Below, one piece after another: positions 61,187 through 64,000 of a stretch of 64,000 bases of DNA. The DNA comes from Phycisphaerae bacterium (lineage in GTDB: Bacteria > Planctomycetota > Phycisphaerae > UBA1845), in the NCBI GenBank assembly GCA_963666835.2, contig CAXXGO010000006.1:160001-224000 (forward strand), read 5' to 3'. How positions within the stretch are numbered: the first letter of the stretch is position 1; each line of letters opens with the position of its first letter. Made by a program: the position numbers and the translations under genes. The notes beneath the pieces were generated by a model. The model searched no databases. It saw only the letters and a program-made list of their open reading frames with translations, and was not told the DNA's origin.

Positions 61187-61642
61187 CTACGGCAACTCCC
61201 TCTCACTGGAATGCAGCCGATACTGCCGCTGATCCTCTATCATCTTCTCCACCGCCTCGGGCGGCAGATCACAAACATTGTAATTCTCCAAGTATCGATC
61301 ATAACGCCACGTCCGGGCCGCGGCCAGCCGCAAGCAGCCCTTCTGAGGCAGATACTCGTAGGTCCACATGGTCATCGCGTCGACGTCGACCACGTACACG
61401 CCGTAAGTCGACTTCGAAAGCTGCCCGGAGAACGCGAACACCCCGCGGCTGCCTCCGCTGGATATTGACTGGGCGAAAGCCGAGCCCGCAAACAGCGGAC
61501 CGGACCCGCCTTCGGGACGGACCGTCAGGACCACGGCGATAACAACCAGAGCCCCCGCGATCACCCAGAATACCGGGTGCGGTGACTGCCGCCGCCGAAC
61601 GGCTTGGATCGCCTCAGAGCTGTGCTCCGCCGGATCAGGCAT
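61187..61642 (-). CDS. Hypothetical membrane-anchored protein
   Basis: One TM followed by a globular domain (YVVDVDAMTMWTYEY...ARTWRYDRYL). Confidence 0.75.
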   Translation of the reverse strand: MPDPAEHSSEAIQAVRRRQSPHPVFWVIAGALVVIAVVLTVRPEGGSGPLFAGSAFAQSISSGGSRGVFAFSGQLSKSTYGVYVVDVDAMTMWTYEYLPQKGCLRLAAARTWRYDRYLENYNVCDLPPEAVEKMIEDQRQYRLHSSERELP

Positions 61643-61838
61643 ATTCAGTCACCAAGGCCCCCCCCAACAGCCCGAAAACCACGCCAACCGACGCCCCGCC
61701 GCAGCATGACCACAGTCGGCAGAACGCCCCACGGTGATTATAGCCCGGTCCCCCATCTCCACAAGCCGAGACGCTCGCCAAGACCGGTACGGATTGGGCG
61801 CTCGTGATTGACCTGCCGAACAAGCACGGGCATGATAC

Positions 61839-62555
61839 GTGACGACACGCTGGGATTATCCAGGTACGGGGTCGTCTTGTCTGGGAACCATCTCCGTGGT
61901 TGAGCGTCCAAACGCAGGGAACGAAGCCGCCGCCGGACAGGCGGTACGTCCGATACCTTTGGAGGATCTGGAGCTCGTTGAAAGGGTAAAATCCGGTGAT
62001 GCGGCCGCCTACGCCGATCTCGTGCGTAAGTACCAAGATCGCGTGTTCAACACGTGCTGGCGAATCTGCGGCAATCTCGAAAGTGCTCGGGATCTGACGC
62101 AGGATGCGTTTCTCCGAGGGTTCGAGAACATCTCGTCCTTTCGCCAGCAGAGCGGGTTCTACACCTGGATCTTCCGCGTGGCAGTCAACCTCGCGCTGTC
62201 ACAGAGGCGAAGAGACTCCCGGCGACGTACGGTCTCGCTTGATCAGGCGGCCGACGCCAGCGGCACTCAGGCGGCGGAGCTGGCGCAACGTGTCGAAGAG
62301 CGCGGCGGAAACGACCCCAGCGCCCCGGCGAAAGCAGCGGAATTGCGGGCACGGGTTGTGCGAGCGCTGGGGGGGTTGGACCAAGATCAAAGAGCGGTAG
62401 TCGTTCTCAGGGACTTAGAGGGCATGAACTACAACGAGATCGGGCAGATATTGGATATTCCACCGGGCACAGTGCGTTCCCGACTGCACCGGGCGCGGGC
62501 GGCGCTGCGAGAAGCGCTGGGCCCCACTCAATCCCGGGAGACGTCGAACGGTTAA
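61839..62555 (+). CDS. ECF sigma-70 factor
   Basis: DLTQDAF, FYTWIFRVAVN, VVVLRDLEGMNYNEI, GTVRSRLHRAR; true start may lie downstream (~61897). Confidence 0.93.
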   Translation: MTTRWDYPGTGSSCLGTISVVERPNAGNEAAAGQAVRPIPLEDLELVERVKSGDAAAYADLVRKYQDRVFNTCWRICGNLESARDLTQDAFLRGFENISSFRQQSGFYTWIFRVAVNLALSQRRRDSRRRTVSLDQAADASGTQAAELAQRVEERGGNDPSAPAKAAELRARVVRALGGLDQDQRAVVVLRDLEGMNYNEIGQILDIPPGTVRSRLHRARAALREALGPTQSRETSNG

Positions 62556-62560
62556 GAGCT

Positions 62561-64000
62561 ATGGCTAACGTCGACCCTGAACAACTTGCCGAGCTGATCT
62601 CAGCTTACCTGGACGGGGAGTTGAACGCTTCGGAAACGGAGTTGGTCGAGCGCGCTTTGCGCGATGATCCCGCAGCCCGGCAGCTTATGGAAGAGCTGCG
62701 CCGGACCGTCGAACTGGTCTCGGACCTCCCGCGACATGCGGCGCCACCTTCCATTCTCGAAGATGTCTGCGCCCAGGTGGAACGGGCCGAGTTATTGGGG
62801 GATTTTGATGCGCCAATAGCCACTCCCGGCGGCAGACGCACGCCGGTAGTCGCCTGGCTGTCTATGGCCGCCGCCGTCGCAATCGTGGCCTTCGGTACGG
62901 TCTGGTACGCCCGCGAGCAGTGGAGTGCGGACGGGGACATGAGCGGCAGTGGGGTGGTGGCGCTCGTGCCGACTGTGGACGATATCGCTAGAGACCGTGA
63001 CGACGAAACGACGGCCCGCCGGCAAACCGGTGACAAACGATCTGAACAGGATGCAGAGGAAAAAACGGCCCACGTACCGTTCGTTGTAGCGGACAAAGAC
63101 CTCGAAAAGTCTAAGGCGGCTTCGCCGAAGAAACGTACCGCCAGGCGGGCGAAGGAGGAGAGTGTTGGAGAAGGTCCGTCGAAGGGACCGCAACCCAGTT
63201 TGGGGCCGGTTTACGCTAAGAGCGAAACGCCGGCGCCCGACTTGGCAACCATCGCAAAGACCGACATACCCGTACCAATCCGTCCCCGAGCCAGCGCCTA
63301 CTTCTACGCCAACGCCACCATTGACCAGAAGATTTCAACGACGAGCGTAGGCGAGCTGCGCCGCCACACATTCGACAATGAGCCCGTCCAACTGCGCATA
63401 ACGGTTCCTACCGCGGCCCGGCGCGATTGGGCGACCGGGAGGCTCCTGGCCACGCTCGCGAAGAACGAGGCCGTAGACCTCGCTACCGGTGAGAGTAACC
63501 GGCCGGCCGCGGGTTTGGCCGACGCCGGGTTCTTCTTCCACGGCAGTCCCGGGGTCAACTTCGAAGCGACCGACGACAGCCGGGTTCTCGTACGTGTTCC
63601 GCCGGAGACCCTCGGGGCCGTGCTCGAGGAGATTGACCGGACCCCGGAGCGTCGCGTGGCGCTGACGTCCGGACCGGCTACCGTGCGCGGATTGCGGCGT
63701 ATTCGCCAGACCCTGGGTATGGAGAAGGGCTCCGCGCCGGCGGACGAGGCCCTGGCCGAGCGAAGCTCGTTAAAGCGTGCGTACGACCTGGAGGGCGCGG
63801 GTCTGTTTGATGGCCTGTTCGGATTGGTGGAGCTGGACCCCGATCTCCTGACCCCGCTGGCACCTACAACCGGCGAAGTCGCCGAGCCGACCACGGATTC
63901 GGAGCCGCTGGTGGGCCCGCCGGCTCCCGGCAGGGAAGAGCCCGCCGCTGAGATGGGCTCAACAGTTGAGGTTTTCGAGACCCCAACCGTGGCCCGTGTT
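62561..64000 (+). CDS. Anti-sigma factor, truncated by the window edge
   Basis: Hand translation MANVDPEQLAELISAYLDGELNASETELVERAL..., then a TM (WLSMAAAVAIVAFG); directly follows the ECF sigma gene. Confidence 0.85.
   Translation, partial: MANVDPEQLAELISAYLDGELNASETELVERALRDDPAARQLMEELRRTVELVSDLPRHAAPPSILEDVCAQVERAELLGDFDAPIATPGGRRTPVVAWLSMAAAVAIVAFGTVWYAREQWSADGDMSGSGVVALVPTVDDIARDRDDETTARRQTGDKRSEQDAEEKTAHVPFVVADKDLEKSKAASPKKRTARRAKEESVGEGPSKGPQPSLGPVYAKSETPAPDLATIAKTDIPVPIRPRASAYFYANATIDQKISTTSVGELRRHTFDNEPVQLRITVPTAARRDWATGRLLATLAKNEAVDLATGESNRPAAGLADAGFFFHGSPGVNFEATDDSRVLVRVPPETLGAVLEEIDRTPERRVALTSGPATVRGLRRIRQTLGMEKGSAPADEALAERSSLKRAYDLEGAGLFDGLFGLVELDPDLLTPLAPTTGEVAEPTTDSEPLVGPPAPGREEPAAEMGSTVEVFETPTVARV

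Overview
A GC-rich bacterial chromosome segment, most likely Planctomycetota/Phycisphaerae. This is inferred from the LEPR-XLL-like giant protein, a dockerin-like DGDVDLADF tail, an FGE-sulfatase/IPTL-CTERM protein and dense REP-like repeats. From left to right it holds: (1) SpoIID, then a convergent five-gene locus (2213-aa surface protein, membrane-fusion adaptor, PilZ, GAF-adaptor, site-2-protease/adaptor fusion) that looks like an export system without an ABC ATPase; (2) an ~11.7-kb phage-satellite-like element in tRNA-Gly(GCC), whose integrase ORF runs through the att core and would gain 163 aa on excision; (3) housekeeping genes (LolA-like, mqnE, ABC transporter, prmC, murA); (4) an HTH-TM-coiled-coil gene, clusters of TGTCCG/CGGACA motifs, and an intact Mu-like head-only module (TerL, portal, protease, cement-like, capsid) with no tail or transposase; (5) mobA, an orphan parB with a perfect parS, a GT-C/TPR gene, an M3 peptidase, OmpA/MotB and an ECF sigma/anti-sigma pair. 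All family calls come from reading motifs by eye; no database search was run.
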